64,000 nucleotides of DNA from Botryllus schlosseri. Its lineage: Eukaryota. Position numbers and translations under genes: made by a program. This document shows positions 1 through 13,149 of this stretch, one piece after another. Location of the stretch: assembly GCA_051294905.1 (NCBI GenBank), contig JBPPKV010000017.1, positions 1,798,001 through 1,862,000 of the forward strand, written 5' to 3'. The notes beneath the pieces were generated by a model, which did not search any database, had not been told where the DNA came from, and saw only the letters and a program-made list of their open reading frames with translations. Position 1 is the stretch's first letter, and each line of letters begins with the position of its first letter.

Positions 1-1153
1 TGAACATCTTCGGGCAGACCCGTTGATATATTGACTTCGTTACATGATGCTATTTCAGTATTTCGTGACCTCCTACATCTGCTATGTAAAAAGATATGGA
101 AATCGCTAAAACAAAAGGCACACACGATTTCAAATTGGTATTGCTTTACTGACAAATAATTTTTTCCTGGGAAATGGCATTTGTCATGTGGGGTTTGGAT
201 CGCCACGGCATGAACAATGAACATTCAGCGCCAGTCATTTAGCCACCTATGGACAATTAAACATATATGTATATTGTATATCGAAGCTTTTCTGTCACCA
301 CAAGGGCATTCCTTCTCGCTGCTGATCGTTCTGGCACACTTCTTCGAGTCGCATGTTATACGACCTATACCTTCATAATCGGATGTCTTGGTGCGTCGTG
401 GCGCAGTAATGACCGAAGTCTCCATTTCTATAAAATCTATGTATTCTCGTGGGGGAAGGGTACCCAATAATTAAGATATTTGGCAATATTAAATCGCGCG
501 CCCAGCGCAAAAAAATGAAAAACTGACATAAATTTCCCCCCAAAAATAATGCAGTTTATGTTAATTCACGAAATCATTCTGGGTCCCTCCGAGCTCGATT
601 TGGGATGTGGCAGTTATGGTCCTGTACCCCACTACCCAACACTTTTGCCATCACAGAGCAGCTATTTGCTGGTTTGACTACAGAAGACACGCCACCACAT
701 AAGTACGCAAGACAATCGTCTATAACTGCAACGTAAAAAGTATTGTGAACTGATATCAGTAACACTCAAAATTTCGTGAAAGCGTTATTTCACGTCTAAC
801 TAGTCGTGCTGGATGCGTTTGTGACGCCATCATTGTCCATCCAGAGTTGAAAATGAAGTTTTGTGAACAACACGTAATATAATTTTCGAAACATACATTC
901 CAGAACAGTTAACTGGTAACGGTAGTTGCGCCAGTGTTGGGATCAAGTCACTACCTTCGAGTCACGAGTCACTGCACATTTTGACTCGAGTCAAGTCAAG
1001 TCAATCCATTTTCGAAGCTGACTCGAGTCAAGTCGAGTCACGAGTCAAGTCACAATTCAAGTCAAGTCGCCTTTTCGAGTTATGAGGCATGAATACGTCA
1101 TTGCATTTTGTTACCTGTCTGAAATACAGATTAAGTGGTCATTGATTCTAAAC

Positions 1154-1496
1154 CAGTTTTCCCAACCTTTTTCGACTCATCGCACCCTTTTCAAGTTCAA
1201 CACCGATCATTGCCCCCCAAATTTCGTGAACCGAATAATGGGCATTCAACACGAATCACCGGCGGGTTGACTTAAAAAAGGGCAACTTGTCGGCTCGATG
1301 TCGAATTTGACACTTTTGCAACCGAATTTTGGTGGGTTGACTAAAAAAAAAAAGGTTATTTCTCCGCCCCGACTCCAATATAGCCGTTTTAACGCGTCAT
1401 CGACCCCTCCGCTATTTTCGCCCCCTTTGTCCATTTTCGCCCTCTTCGTCATTTTCGCCCCCTAGGACGCGATATCGCCTACGTTTGGAACCACTG
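1154..1496. mobile_element. hAT-type MITE nested in the 932-2631 element
   Basis: Imperfect TIRs CAGTTTTCCCAAC / GTTTGGAACCACTG; near-perfect 8-bp TSD TTCTAAAC/TTCTGAAC; absent from the homologous position of host copies at 2984 and 41468. Confidence 0.8.
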
Positions 1497-1877
1497 TTCT
1501 GAACCAATGAACAAATATAGAGTTAAATATGCACGCAAGAAAGCGCTGTATCGCTCACATATACGTAGAACTGCTAAACTAAGTAAGTAATTGCATAGCC
1601 TCAGTTTATAGGTACCAGCCATAATGGAGAAACGAATTGATAAGATGCAATACATTACATTTTACAAATTGATATGATACAATTCGAGCCTGCGCCAATG
1701 GTTGATGAATATATAAACTATATTCGAATTCAATTTCAATAAAACAAGAGGTTTGGTTAAGGTAAAAACTGAGAACAGGAATAGACATTTTGCTATTAAA
1801 TTACTTTACTTTACTAGTTTACGACATCGTAAGCTATAAGCTACGATCACTTCGTTTGCGTTCAATTTATTTGTGAC

Positions 1878-2362
1878 TAGGGCAGGGCAAAATAGAGTAC
1901 TCGAGTGATTCGATTCTGAATCACGTAATATGCTTCGAGTCGAGTATCACTTATGATGACGTCATAATAGAATGTAATATGTCAAAGATCGAATGAGTAC
2001 CTTTTATACTACCACAAAGAACATGGTGCTTAGTTTTCCATCACATTAAAGATACTTTGCAATTTCTTCGACCGTACCGATTTCATTGCACTTTGTGACA
2101 ATGTTATGGGATGATCACGACTTTGGAAATGTGTTATTTCCAGTAGCGTTAGGAGCTTTGTACTATGTTTCGTATGCTGCGAAACGGCTAATCAAGGTTT
2201 CAAAGGCTTCCACAGTAGAGAAAAGTATCGAAATTCTCATCCTCATTGATAAATTAACTTTCAGTGGCAAGGAGCGTATAATTTCAGAATTCGAAAAAAT
2301 CGACTTTTACTACTCGACTTGAATCATTAAAATTATTATTCGAATCATTGTGCCCAGCCCTA
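1878..2362. mobile_element. hAT-type MITE (TAGGG ends) nested in the 932-2631 element
   Basis: TIRs TAGGGCAGGGCA / TGCCCAGCCCTA; exact 8-bp TSD TTTGTGAC (1870-1877, 2363-2370); empty site in other host copies. Confidence 0.85.
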
Positions 2363-2983
2363 TTTGTGACAGAACAATGGAGGCTCAGTGAAACGCACGA
2401 TTATTGAATGATTAGTCGCTCTCACGGGTTACTCCAGCGTTTCGCGAGCAATCCGACCATATGTAAGATACAGTGATTTTTATCGGCACCGATTACCGGA
2501 TGACTTGAAATTGACTCGTGCATTTTGCTTCGAGGCACGAGTCAATCCATATTTCTGAAATGCCGAGTCAAGTCAAGTCATTTTAGCAAAGTGACTCGAG
2601 TCAAGTCATGACTCGAGTCATCCCAACACTGAGTTGCGCATGTGTCTATGTGAATATGAAGACTGTCCTGCAAATAATTTTGAACAAACGCGTCTATTCC
2701 CCACTAGAAACCACTGAATTCCCCACCGTTTAGGAACCACTGCTCTACATGAAGTAGATTTTCATGTCTTGGAAATAGCTGCTTTAAGTAGTAATTCATA
2801 ACATTTATTCTACTTGAGTAGCAATCATGTGGGGGTACCATAGAAGAGGCTTATAAAGGTCATTTGACTCCCCAAAGACCCGTCCTCACTTGTAATTGGC
2901 TGGAGTTGAGCTTTGTTTTAGTCCACCTTGCCATCGAAACCGAGATTTCAAGGCTATTATGGCATACTTAGTTGTTTCTGTAC

Positions 2984-3757
2984 CAGTGTTGGTATCAAGT
3001 CACTACCTTCGAGTCACGAGTCATTGCACATTGTGACTCGAGTCAATCGATTTTCGAAGGTTACTGGAGTCAAGTCACAATTTTCGTAGTATAAGGCATG
3101 ACTACGTCATTGCATTTCGCTAGCTGTCGAAAATGCAGATTGAGGGGTCATTAATTCTGAATCGATGAACGAATATAGAGTTAAATATACACGCAAGGCT
3201 CTGTATCGCTCACATATACATAGAACCGTTAAACTACTTGAGTAATTGCATACCCTAAGTTTATAGTTACCATCCAAAATATAGCCTAAGATATAACACA
3301 TTACCCATTTACATATTGATATGATGCAAATTGAGCCTGCGTCAATGGTTGAGGAGTATATAAACTATATTCCAATTCAAATTCAATAAAACAAGAGGTT
3401 TGGCTGAGGTAAGAACAGAAATAGATATTTTGCTATTAAATTACTTTATTACTAGTTTACGATAACGTACGCTGTGAGCTTTGATCACTTCGTTTGTGGT
3501 TAATTTTTTTGTGAGAGAACAATGGAGGATCCGTAAAGCACACGATCATTGAATTATTGATCGCTCTCACGGGCTACACCAGCGTTTCATAAAAAAATCC
3601 GAACCTACGGAAGTAACAGTGATTTTTATCGACACCGATCCACATTTCTGATACGACGAGTAAAGTAAAGTTGCTTTAGCAAAGTGACTCGAGTCAAGCC
3701 AAGTAATACGAAAAAGGTAACTTAAGTCAACTCATGATACGAGTCATCCCAACACTG
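2984..3757. mobile_element. hAT-type MITE, second copy of the 932 family without nested inserts
   Basis: TIRs CAGTGTTGGTAT / ATCCCAACACTG; TCTGTAC duplicated on both flanks; colinear with 932-2631. Confidence 0.85.
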
Positions 3758-4299
3758 TCTGTACGATCACCAGACGCTCAAGGCTATTTAGGAGTGCGAA
3801 TTGTGAAAACGTAGGACATTCTATATTTCTTGAACAAGGACGACAAATCCTGATAAAGAAGGTCATATGGTAACCCTAAATAATGACCACTTCGACCACC
3901 CCTGCCAGCACAAAATTCGAAATAATATGTAGAGCCATGTTTCATATTTGATGCCGACAATCGAGTGAAGTTCACCTCCCAGCTCACCAGTACCTACCAG
4001 GGTCACTCTTTCAATCAATAACTGGAAAGAGGAGCGACGACTAAATTTCTCTGCCTGCTTGCGTCTCACTGAATAAGCATAAAGATGACCAGGTTAGTGG
4101 CATTCATTGTCCGCCCAAGGAACTCCCAGTTTTCCTAATCCTCTCACATTTCTTCACAAGTCGAACTGGAGATGCAGACAGAATTTGAGCAAAAAGTATA
4201 ATATATACAAACAACGAAACAAAATAGAAACGAAACAAGAATACAAGTAATAAGATAAAATAGAATTATATAAATGCAAAAATTTGGTGAAATGCCAGA

Positions 4300-5080
4300 A
4301 AGAAATTACATCCAGCTGTACACAGAAATTGGCGTACACTCGATGCGACAAGAAAACAAACCACTCACCGAAATTTCAACAGGCTTAATGTACGTTGAGA
4401 TAACTTTTCGTCGCACCCACTGCGGCCGCAAATTTCAAAGCTCTTCCGAGGGTCACGTCCCGACCCGATGGCACGTAAACTTCTACACCCAGCTCTCAAC
4501 TGGACTACGACCAGCTGCCAGCGATACTTACTGCGCAGAACTGCTTGGAACACAGCATAACGCGATACAAATCAATGCAGCACTCCGCATAGTGTGCCTA
4601 GCGCACACCGGATTTGGTGCATCTGAAGATGAGCACTTAAGCAGGTTATCCTTCTGTGGAGAGAACGAATGGCGACGTAACCGCGAGTTAAGCAAGGTAG
4701 CATCTGAAAATTAGCTCCGAATGAACCAATGAAAACATGCTTATACTTTTCAATCACGCAATCAGGGATCACTCAGATGCAGCAGGTATCACTAAGATAG
4801 ACGGTAAGGTAGACGGTGTTTGGATCTGTTGGTTACAAATGCGTCAATCCTGAACTCTAATTAGGCCTGTTCAATCAAATTGAATCAGATATCGGCTCTG
4901 TACTGTGTTGAAGTGTCTCCAACGATACAATATAGCCAGGAGGGGTCAGACTCGTAGAAACAACTGGATTGTCAAAACTCCCAAATACTATATCGAGAAC
5001 CAACGACCGTTAAATATACGCAACTATCTAATTTAAACACATACAACTGGATTCTGAATTATTCAATTGTAAATGAGCTG
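4300..5080 (+). pseudogene. Probable decayed endonuclease/linker region of the downstream LINE ORF2
   Basis: VNFYT resembles the xNxYAP motif of AP endonucleases; WILNYSIVNE near 5048 resembles the L1-clade WxLNxSLL motif; A-rich strand; separated from the RT by inserts at about 5.2-6.0 kb. Confidence 0.4.
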
Positions 5081-5442
5081 AGAAATTCCAAAGGACGGGG
5101 TTTCGAGTTCAAAATTGGAGCAGGAGCGGCAAAAATATCATACAACAGAACAACAATATCAAGATTCACGCCAAACAATGACAGGTGTTTTCTAGTTGCT
5201 CAGGAATTAATTAGTCTTTTACATGTGCAGCTAGAACTGGAACACTTCTCAAAATAGAACTAGAGTTGGCACTACTTACATTTCCAATTTCAAAACTAGC
5301 ACTAGAGCTAATCACTGGAGCTAGTCACCTTTGAAAACCTGTTAACTAACTACATTCGATTCATAAACAACTCAATAATTAATCGGAGCGATATTTGACG
5401 TTGGGCTAGCAATGGTTGCAAGAACATAACACACAAAGGTAT

Positions 5443-5466
5443 CACACACACACACACACACACACA
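5443..5466. repeat. (CA)n microsatellite
   Basis: About 12 CA units seen directly. Confidence 0.95.
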
Positions 5467-6055
5467 TGGTTTTTGGTTGTTCGGCAACTGATTTAGTAAA
5501 TACGCAATGTACTTTTTTCCAAATTTCACTGGCTATGTCAGTGGTTCCCAACCTGGTATCAACAAGAAGGGATTTGGGGGTTTGTGATTACTTTGATGAA
5601 TTTCGGGAAAAAAGATATGTTATCTTTCAACTTAATATCTCTTTTTAAATGCAAATCAGTTAACTTAAGTGCGCAAGTATAAATTGTACCATGCATTAGG
5701 ATGAAAAGATGCTGCTGACTACAGTGTGTGAATTGATCTTACGTTACAGTACTACATCTACCACAGCGGAACGATCACAGTCAAACAGTCAGTTATTGAA
5801 CAGAAAGCATGCGATTTAGTTCAAGATTGCCAATATCACTCTTTTATTTTAGTCCTTACAGTGCGAGGCGCAACTACAGCTCAAGACCTCTGGACCTCTT
5901 CCGCTGCTGTGTAGATGTTTCTTTATTTTGGCATTATGTCAATTGTTCATTCAATTCTATGCCAATAGTGCCAATAGTGCGCTGTAGTGATATGAGCCAT
6001 ACTGAGAGACTACTCGCTACAAAAATACACTCTTGTAGACCATCAAAAGGACAAA

Positions 6056-8020
6056 ATGGAAAAACCAATCCAGGAGGAAAAGCTTCGAATGGCATTTGCA
6101 CAACAAAAGGACAACAAGACCCCGGCAGAGGACGGGATAAGCTCAGAATTTTTCAATCAAAACGTGCACGTAATCGCAAAAGATCTCCAGGGTTATTAAT
6201 GAAATCCATACAATGCACTGACCAACGGAATCCTTCGCCCGAGGGCTACTTAAGGTCATACATAAAAAAGGGGGAAACAGAGATATATTACAAATCATAG
6301 ACCGACCGATATCCCTCCTTAACGCAGATTACAAAATCTTCAGCATAATTCTATCAAACAGATTAAAGACAATGCTTCCCAGCATCACACACAGACACCA
6401 ATATGCGGAACCCACAGAAGTCGATCGAACAACTCCACCTCATGCTTAGAGAAGTAACGGAGATGAAGAGCAGGAAAATAGGAGCAATGATCTCAGTGAA
6501 TATCAGAAAAGAGTACGACTCCATAGATCATGAGATTCCATAAAAAGCACTGGAGCTAACAGGTTTCGGTAACGCCTTTTGAAATTTCTAGAGCTATATA
6601 CGACAGAAGCGAAGCAAAGATCTCCATCGTGGGAAGAGTCAGGAAATCAATTCTAATTTACGCTGGTATCAAACAAGGATATCAAATCTCCATGTTTATT
6701 CACAATCACCACCAAATCCTTATTATAGAAACTGAATAGTTCCCTGAAAGGACAGAAGACGAGGGGACTTGAAGAGAGTAAATTAACCGAGCTACGCAGA
6801 CCACATCACAATAACCCTGGACAAAGAAGAGGAGTGTGAAAAAGCGATTCGAGTCATTGCAGGCTTTGGGGAAGCAAGGTTGTTGACAATCAACAAGAAG
6901 AAGTGCGATGAGCTATGGGTACTCCACACAAAGAAAAAGATCGAGGGCGATCACGTGGGTCGACGAGATCGTCATCCTTGGCAACACAATAACGAAGAGA
7001 AAGAAAGCCAGTCCCCACAATGAGAAGCAGCTACGGGCAAACTAATCACACTCCAAAGAGACCTCAAACACATGCACCACAAAAGACATGAGAAGGTAAA
7101 AATAGTTCAGTGCTATGTACTTCCTCTGTTTAGATACAGTGCGACGACGTCCCAAATGCCGAGCATCATCAGATCCCGACGGAGAAACGACATCATCGCC
7201 TTCCTATTCGGACCAGAGAAAGGTACAGACTATGCCAAGATAATACAATCAGAATATCTCGGAGGATTGGACGTGGCGGATCTATTATGAATCAAAACTG
7301 CGATCTAATTCCTGAAAAAGGAAGAGAACAGGAACGTGAATGGGACAGAAGGCTCGAACAACTGACCCTCACTTTGACGAGACATGTGCAGCAAGTAATA
7401 AAAAAAACATGCCTCATACATTACAGCCCTTGAAGCACTGGCAAGAAACAAACCAGAAAATGACAACCAATGAGATATGAGCGCAGGACATCAAACAGAG
7501 AGAAGGAAATGACTATACAACCCAACGGCAGAAAATCAACACGGAAGAGAGATCAGTAAAAGGTGAGGCCTAAGCTGGCACAACATCAACCATGCATCAC
7601 TGACACAACACCATAAGAATTGGAAAATCGCACATCGGATACTCCCGATCAACTACCAACTCCATGCCAGACTAGCGGCCCAAAACAGCAACTACACTCT
7701 GTCTGACGAGCAGCATTATTGTTAAATCTAGAAACCTGGTGGGAATCAACCAGACAAGTAAAGTAAAATCCCGACTTGCAGACGGTGATGAACATAAAGA
7801 AGAACCCTGTCGCGTAGCACTCTCATACAGGCAACATGGGCAGCCAAATGCGAGGAGCAACACAATAACCATAACCTCAGCCCCGAATTCGATGATACGC
7901 TAATTCTCCAGAAAGCACTCTGGATGAACAAGACACAGATGATCTCCTGCACCAGATAAAACTGAGATGATGAAAGAAATGATGAAAACCTTTGGAGAAA
8001 GTAAGAGACGAAGAAATTGA
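6056..8020 (+). mobile_element. Decayed L1/Tx1-like non-LTR retrotransposon ORF2 (reverse transcriptase and C-terminal region)
   Basis: Manual translation across frameshifts: KPIQEEKLRMAFAQQKDNKTPAEDGISSEFF, RPISLLNADYKIFSIILSNRLK, KEYDSIDHE, GIKQG, YADH (for YADD), WKIAHRILP...CTLC; many stops and frameshifts. Confidence 0.85.
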
Positions 8021-8079
8021 ATGTGAAATTTTGAGTATTAGTCTTTTGCAAGATCATGCATTAAGCTAGAGCGTATTAG

Positions 8080-10980
8080 ACCGTCTCGGACTGGGATATG
8101 ATCCCTTCTCTGCGGCTCTGGAAACGTTACAGGATATGATAAATCTATACTTCGAGCTGAATGCCACTACAAATACCGCCAAGGAGCCTACACCATAAAA
8201 ACGGGATCAGGCGATGAAGGCGCCAGAAAAGTACAACAATCGGGACTGTCCGCTAAAGACATGAAAGTCCCCGAACGAATAAGGGAATTATTCAAACTGG
8301 AGATCGATACAAGTGACAGAGTGAGCTACAGAGTTCACAAATTATAATTTGCGAAGTCATGCCCATTAAAGGATGAGTCACTGACAGACCTTCTCCACAG
8401 AATCATGAAAAAAAGCTAAGAAATGTGACTTTGAAGACAATGATGTAGAAGAGATTAGTGGAAAGAATCGTGGCATCCACCCAAATCGAGTAACTAAGAG
8501 CAAAGATATTGGAAAAAAATTCACGACTAAGGAAGCCCAAAGGTTAGATTTGGAAGCACTACACACATACAACAGTAGCCACGATGCTTTTAAAGGATCA
8601 ACTACAAGTATTGATATGATCGCAACGGAAATATGGACACAAGACCTGTAACAAATGCGGACTTGTCACACGGTTGGAAATGCCCAGCATTTAGATCTCC
8701 CTGAAACTATTGCGAAAACTATGGCCACTGGGAAGATTTCTGCGCAACAAAGAAGCGTGATAATGAGGCCAATTCGAGAAGCAAGCAACAAGATAGCCAC
8801 CAACGTAAAGCGCCGAGAAAGTCGAAGAAACATCAAAAGACTCGAAAAGCAGAAATAAAAGTATATGACACTGACAACAGCAGTACCGACAGTCAAATCC
8901 CTGACGGTGATGATGGCTCAACAAACACAATTTCATCGATCACCATTGGAGCTGTAAACGGCTGCAAGAACCCTGGTAAGTAAGCATACGATTCATTTTA
9001 GGCATATAAATCCGAAGCTGACGGGGAGCTGGAAGAATAAGGAATTATTCGCGAAATTCAAACCGACACCCTCACATCCGGAACCCAATGTTTTACTCAA
9101 GAACTACTGCGGTTTACGTATTGAGTACTTTGGATCAATAACTCTCCACATTAAATAGCCACATGGCAAGAAGTATCGTTAGAATGAATTCTATGTGGTT
9201 GACACTGACAGTCCAGTCATCCTGGGCCCAACCACCTGCGAGGCACTCGATCTTGTAACACTAAACCTGCACGCATGCAGTATCATGGACAAGGCTCCTC
9301 ATACAGAGCAGAAGCTGCCTAGGGTGGATACCATTGAGGACCTAAAAAAATCATTTTCATACTGCTTCGACGTCATTAGAAACTTCGAGGGTGAAGAATT
9401 CCTGCACATACTAAAGAGCGCAGAACCAGAGGAGCTTTGAAATCAGCAGCTGCAGTGGGTGCAACGAAAAGTCATCTCCGCGTACATTAGGCCTGTTGAA
9501 GTGGTTTGTTTTCTTGTCGCATCGAGTGTATGCCAATTTCTCTGTACAGCTGGACATAATTTCCTACTGGTATTTCACCATAATTTTGCCTTTTTATAAT
9601 TCTATTTGGTCTTTTGAATGAGATACGCATCGTAAAAGGTACAGTACTACATAGTATTAGCTACCGTGAATATCCACAATTCTATTTTGTCTTTCGAATG
9701 AGATACACTTTGTAAAAGGTACAGTACTACATAAACATTTGCTACAGTGAATATCCACGACTGTGCAAAGCACCCAGATGACTCAACTTTCATGATTGAA
9801 ATATTTCATTCGCCGCATTTTCTGTTTAATTCTGGGATATAAGTAGACTTATAAAGTCACCTGTGACACCACATACTCTTCATAGAAGTTAAAACTGTCA
9901 TTTATCAGACCACAGCTTAGATATATTTCTTTCACTGCTAGATAGATATGATTGGGGCCCATGCCCCTCAAATGAGGAACTTTTCGCTCCAATACATTAG
10001 ATACAGTCAGTAATGAATCTCTGCTAAACCAGTCGCTGATAAAGCTAATATCAATGTTTAAGCAAGCCGTGATGACGGCAAGAAATAAGAAAATATGGAA
10101 AACACCTTACTCCGTAATGAGAAGACTCGAAAGAAGAAGCCGAAATGAGGAAGAAACGGAAGAAATCTTAGAGAAAATAACCGAACGAGCGCGAAAACTA
10201 CGAAGCAACACGCGATAGGCTAATATATGCGAAACGTGCCAAAGCAAACGAACTACAATTATAACATGCATTATCTCGATTCCGAGCTATGGCTGCATTT
10301 GAAATGATATATATTATGCGTGCAACGCCAGGTGAAACTAGAGCTAGAACATGTAAGTTGGATCTACCGGTTGTATCTGGAAAATTAAAGTCTTGTGCGT
10401 AGCGCGAGATTACCGAATGGGTGTAAGTTTACTTTACATTGACTGACGGTGAGGTAGCCCGCGAAAACGACATAATATTCAAAGGAAATCCGACAGTTGT
10501 TTTGACACGTCTGCAACCAGACATACTACAAAAACTGCATGAGAGTCACTGGGCATATATTGGCCTGAAATAAAGAATGACATTGCAACACTATGGTAGT
10601 AGTGCGAATCACGCCAGGAACTCCTACCGGAACAAACAAAACAAACAATGAAGATGCAGGAACGCCCACCAAAACCTTGGGTAAAATTGGGAGGTGACAT
10701 TTTCAAGATCAAAGGTAGGAACTTTCTGATCATTTCATACTACTTTTCCAGGTACCCCATCGTACAAGAACTATGATCGATCGAAATCCGTCATTAACAA
10801 ATTGAAACGGATCCTGAATTTATTTGGAAGCGTTTAAGAAATAGTCAGTGACGGTGGACCTTGTTTCCTCAGCCAATACGACATATTCTGCGGTGAATGG
10901 GAGATCGCACACACCACCTGATCACCTCGACACAGTAGATCAAATGGCTTCATCGAATGATGAAGAAATTGTCAAGTTCC
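8080..10980 (+). mobile_element. Decayed Gypsy/Ty3 LTR retrotransposon (gag, protease tail, integrase) with internal deletion and unrelated insert
   Basis: Two CCHC knuckles near 8650-8740 (CNKCG..; *NYCENYGHWEDFC); FYVVDTDSPVILGPTTCEALDLV; integrase YWPEIKNDI, PPKPWVKLGGDIF, YYFSRYP, IVSDGGPCF, SPRHSRSNGFIE; RT/RNase H not seen; LTRs not identified. Confidence 0.8.
9598..9760. repeat. Two-unit tandem duplication of about 80 bp inside the non-retroelement insert
   Basis: AATTCTATTT..GAATGAGATAC..GTAAAAGGTACAGTACTACATA..GTGAATATCCAC occurs twice head to tail. Confidence 0.8.
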
Positions 10981-12696
10981 ATTGAAAAACGGTTTACATC
11001 ACGTTTGGCTCATTTCCAACCAGTAGACTTATGGTGATACCAATTTGAAATTTCAATAATTTAAAAGAAAATTATTCGCAGTGGAAATATCGTCACTCTA
11101 CCATGACCAAACAATGTGTTCCTGTCATGCCTGAAGGTAAAGTTATGCAACAATTTGCTGGTCGTACACCAAGGGCAGTATTCGGAGACACGTCTCTATC
11201 TCAAAATCATGTCGTGCTCAACGGAGCACAGGATGAGTCCAACTTAATTAGAGAGAACGTTTGGTATTCGGTTAGGATTTCAAGCGTTGATCAGTTTTAT
11301 GTGTTTGACAGCAGATGACTGCTTGCAGACGTCTGCGGTTTTGTTAATTGCTCGCAATCTGGCAATCCGCAGGTTTAGATATCATGTTAGTTGCCTAGCA
11401 TTGCCTTCAATCTCGAAGTCTTCAGGCATAAGCACAAGTTATTGGATTACTGATGATGGGTAGTGGTACCAAGTTGTCGATATTTCCGCCATACACGGGG
11501 ACAGACGGTTTTATTCAGGGTATTGCGATGATGTAACATTGCGTACATTCATAAAGTTCCAGGTCATCTATTATTGTATTTGCCTGCTGAGGCGCCGCAT
11601 TGCCTGCCCGCATCGCCACGGATTCGGTTCATGTTAGGATTGGTAGATCTCTAGAGTAGACAACAGCTTGTGTTTGGTTTTTCAGTAATATTCATCCCCC
11701 ATTCGTTTCTACATATCCTGATGCTACGTTTTATATTTAAATGATAAAACATGGCGTTGTGAGGAATTAGCCGCTTTCGCTAATCCATTGGAAGCCTTTC
11801 TGATAGAAAACGTCCGCCAATTTGGGAATAGCCTATCAAGCCAACGATGAAGCCATACAGCGCTAGAACACGATTTCCTTCTTATGGCAATGCCATATAT
11901 TACAGTTGAAATTGTGAATTCAGGCGCCAAACATGCTCACAGCGCAATTTCCACATTATATTCACGGCCAGACGTAAAAAAGTGAATGAGTAAGGCGTTG
12001 AGTCTGCCAACGGCTTGACTCGGAAAACGCTTGCTCAAACGCTACATTTTGAGATCCACTCCGACCTCAGATCGTCATTGAATACCATAACCACAAAAGT
12101 GCAACTCCAAAGAGCGCTGAGTTCGACTCCAGTCGAATTTAAACTCGTTCTCTTGCTTTGCTTTCTGAATACCGATTTTACGCAATGTTGACGCAAAACG
12201 AGTTTGAGCACTGAGTAGGGTTTTGTGAATACGGGCCCAAGTCCTTCTGTGGGTTCTGTATATGATGCAGAGGCCTGATGATGAAGTCTTTGCAGTGGTA
12301 AATTGTATTCTCACTGGCAGAACCCCAGCAAGGAATGCATTATTGCCCAGCCCTGAATACTGATACCACTCTGACTGTTTGCAGATAAACTGGGGAAACA
12401 CCATTTTCTATTATGATGTTGGAGAAAGGGAAATAAAATGATCAACATGCAAGCTGATAATTTTCTGAAACCAGGCTGGAATTAGATCATAACCGATGGC
12501 CTCTTTTTAGATATTAGATTTACAGGGTAAAACATTTTAGAGTGAAATATCGTTCCAGCATTTAGCCTGGTTCTGAGAGGGACAGTTTTTCACCGGTATT
12601 CAAGTTCACGATTTCCAAAAAAAGGACTGGTAAGTTTTGACTGGTGCCAGAGAGAGTCAATCTTCACAAGGTCTTTGGAGTTTCCTCTATATTTTT

Positions 12697-12944
12697 GAGA
12701 GAGAGAGAGTGAGATGCACCATCGAGATGCTTTTGGTGACGGAGTTGCGATACGGCCCCATGAGGTCATCTAGTCTGCGCCCCCGTTTATTTTTTCTCCT
12801 CCATGCTATCCGTGATTGCTGAGCGCCTAGCAGGATAGCTGCGGATACCATTTTTCGAGTCTTTGGTATGACCCGGCCAGCGAGCGAACCCACGACCTAC
12901 CGCTCGAGAAGCCGGACGCATAACCATTACACTATCTCGCTCGG
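12697..12944 (-). mobile_element. tRNA-derived SINE with (TC)n tail
   Basis: Minus strand CCGAGCGAGATAGTGTAATGGTT (A-box) ... GGGTTCGCTCGC (degenerate B-box), then body and (TC)n tail; second copy at 23279-23517, fragments near 30.0 and 61.9 kb. Confidence 0.8.
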
Positions 12945-13149
12945 AGGAAGAATCTTCATATATCTTTGCCTCTAAGCCCTGAAAATATGATGAGTGATGC
13001 GATTCCTGAATTGTCAAAGTCTTTCTCGTCCATCCTGTGAGAAGTTCCCGGCATCCAGTCTTTTATGCCATTGGTTTTGTTGTTTCGATATAATGCAATA
13101 GCCGTCGAGTCATCCACAACAGTCGGTTCCACTTGCGACCTCGATGTGT

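Larger units (their letters stand above)
932..2631. mobile_element. Non-autonomous hAT-type MITE (GACTCGAGTC/AGTCAAGTC-rich family), carrying two nested MITEs
   Basis: TIRs CAGTGTTGGGAT (932) / ATCCCAACACTG (2631); exact 8-bp TSD AGTTGCGC (924-931, 2632-2639); same internal sequence at 2984-3757 and 41468-42428. Confidence 0.9.

Noticed and set aside
5809-6300. 163-aa ORF
   Set aside because: Chimeric read-through from inserted DNA into a mostly wrong frame of the LINE RT.
12870-12944. tRNA-like sequence with A and B boxes
   Set aside because: No clean cloverleaf; it continues into a shared body and (TC)n tail in several copies, so it is a SINE head.
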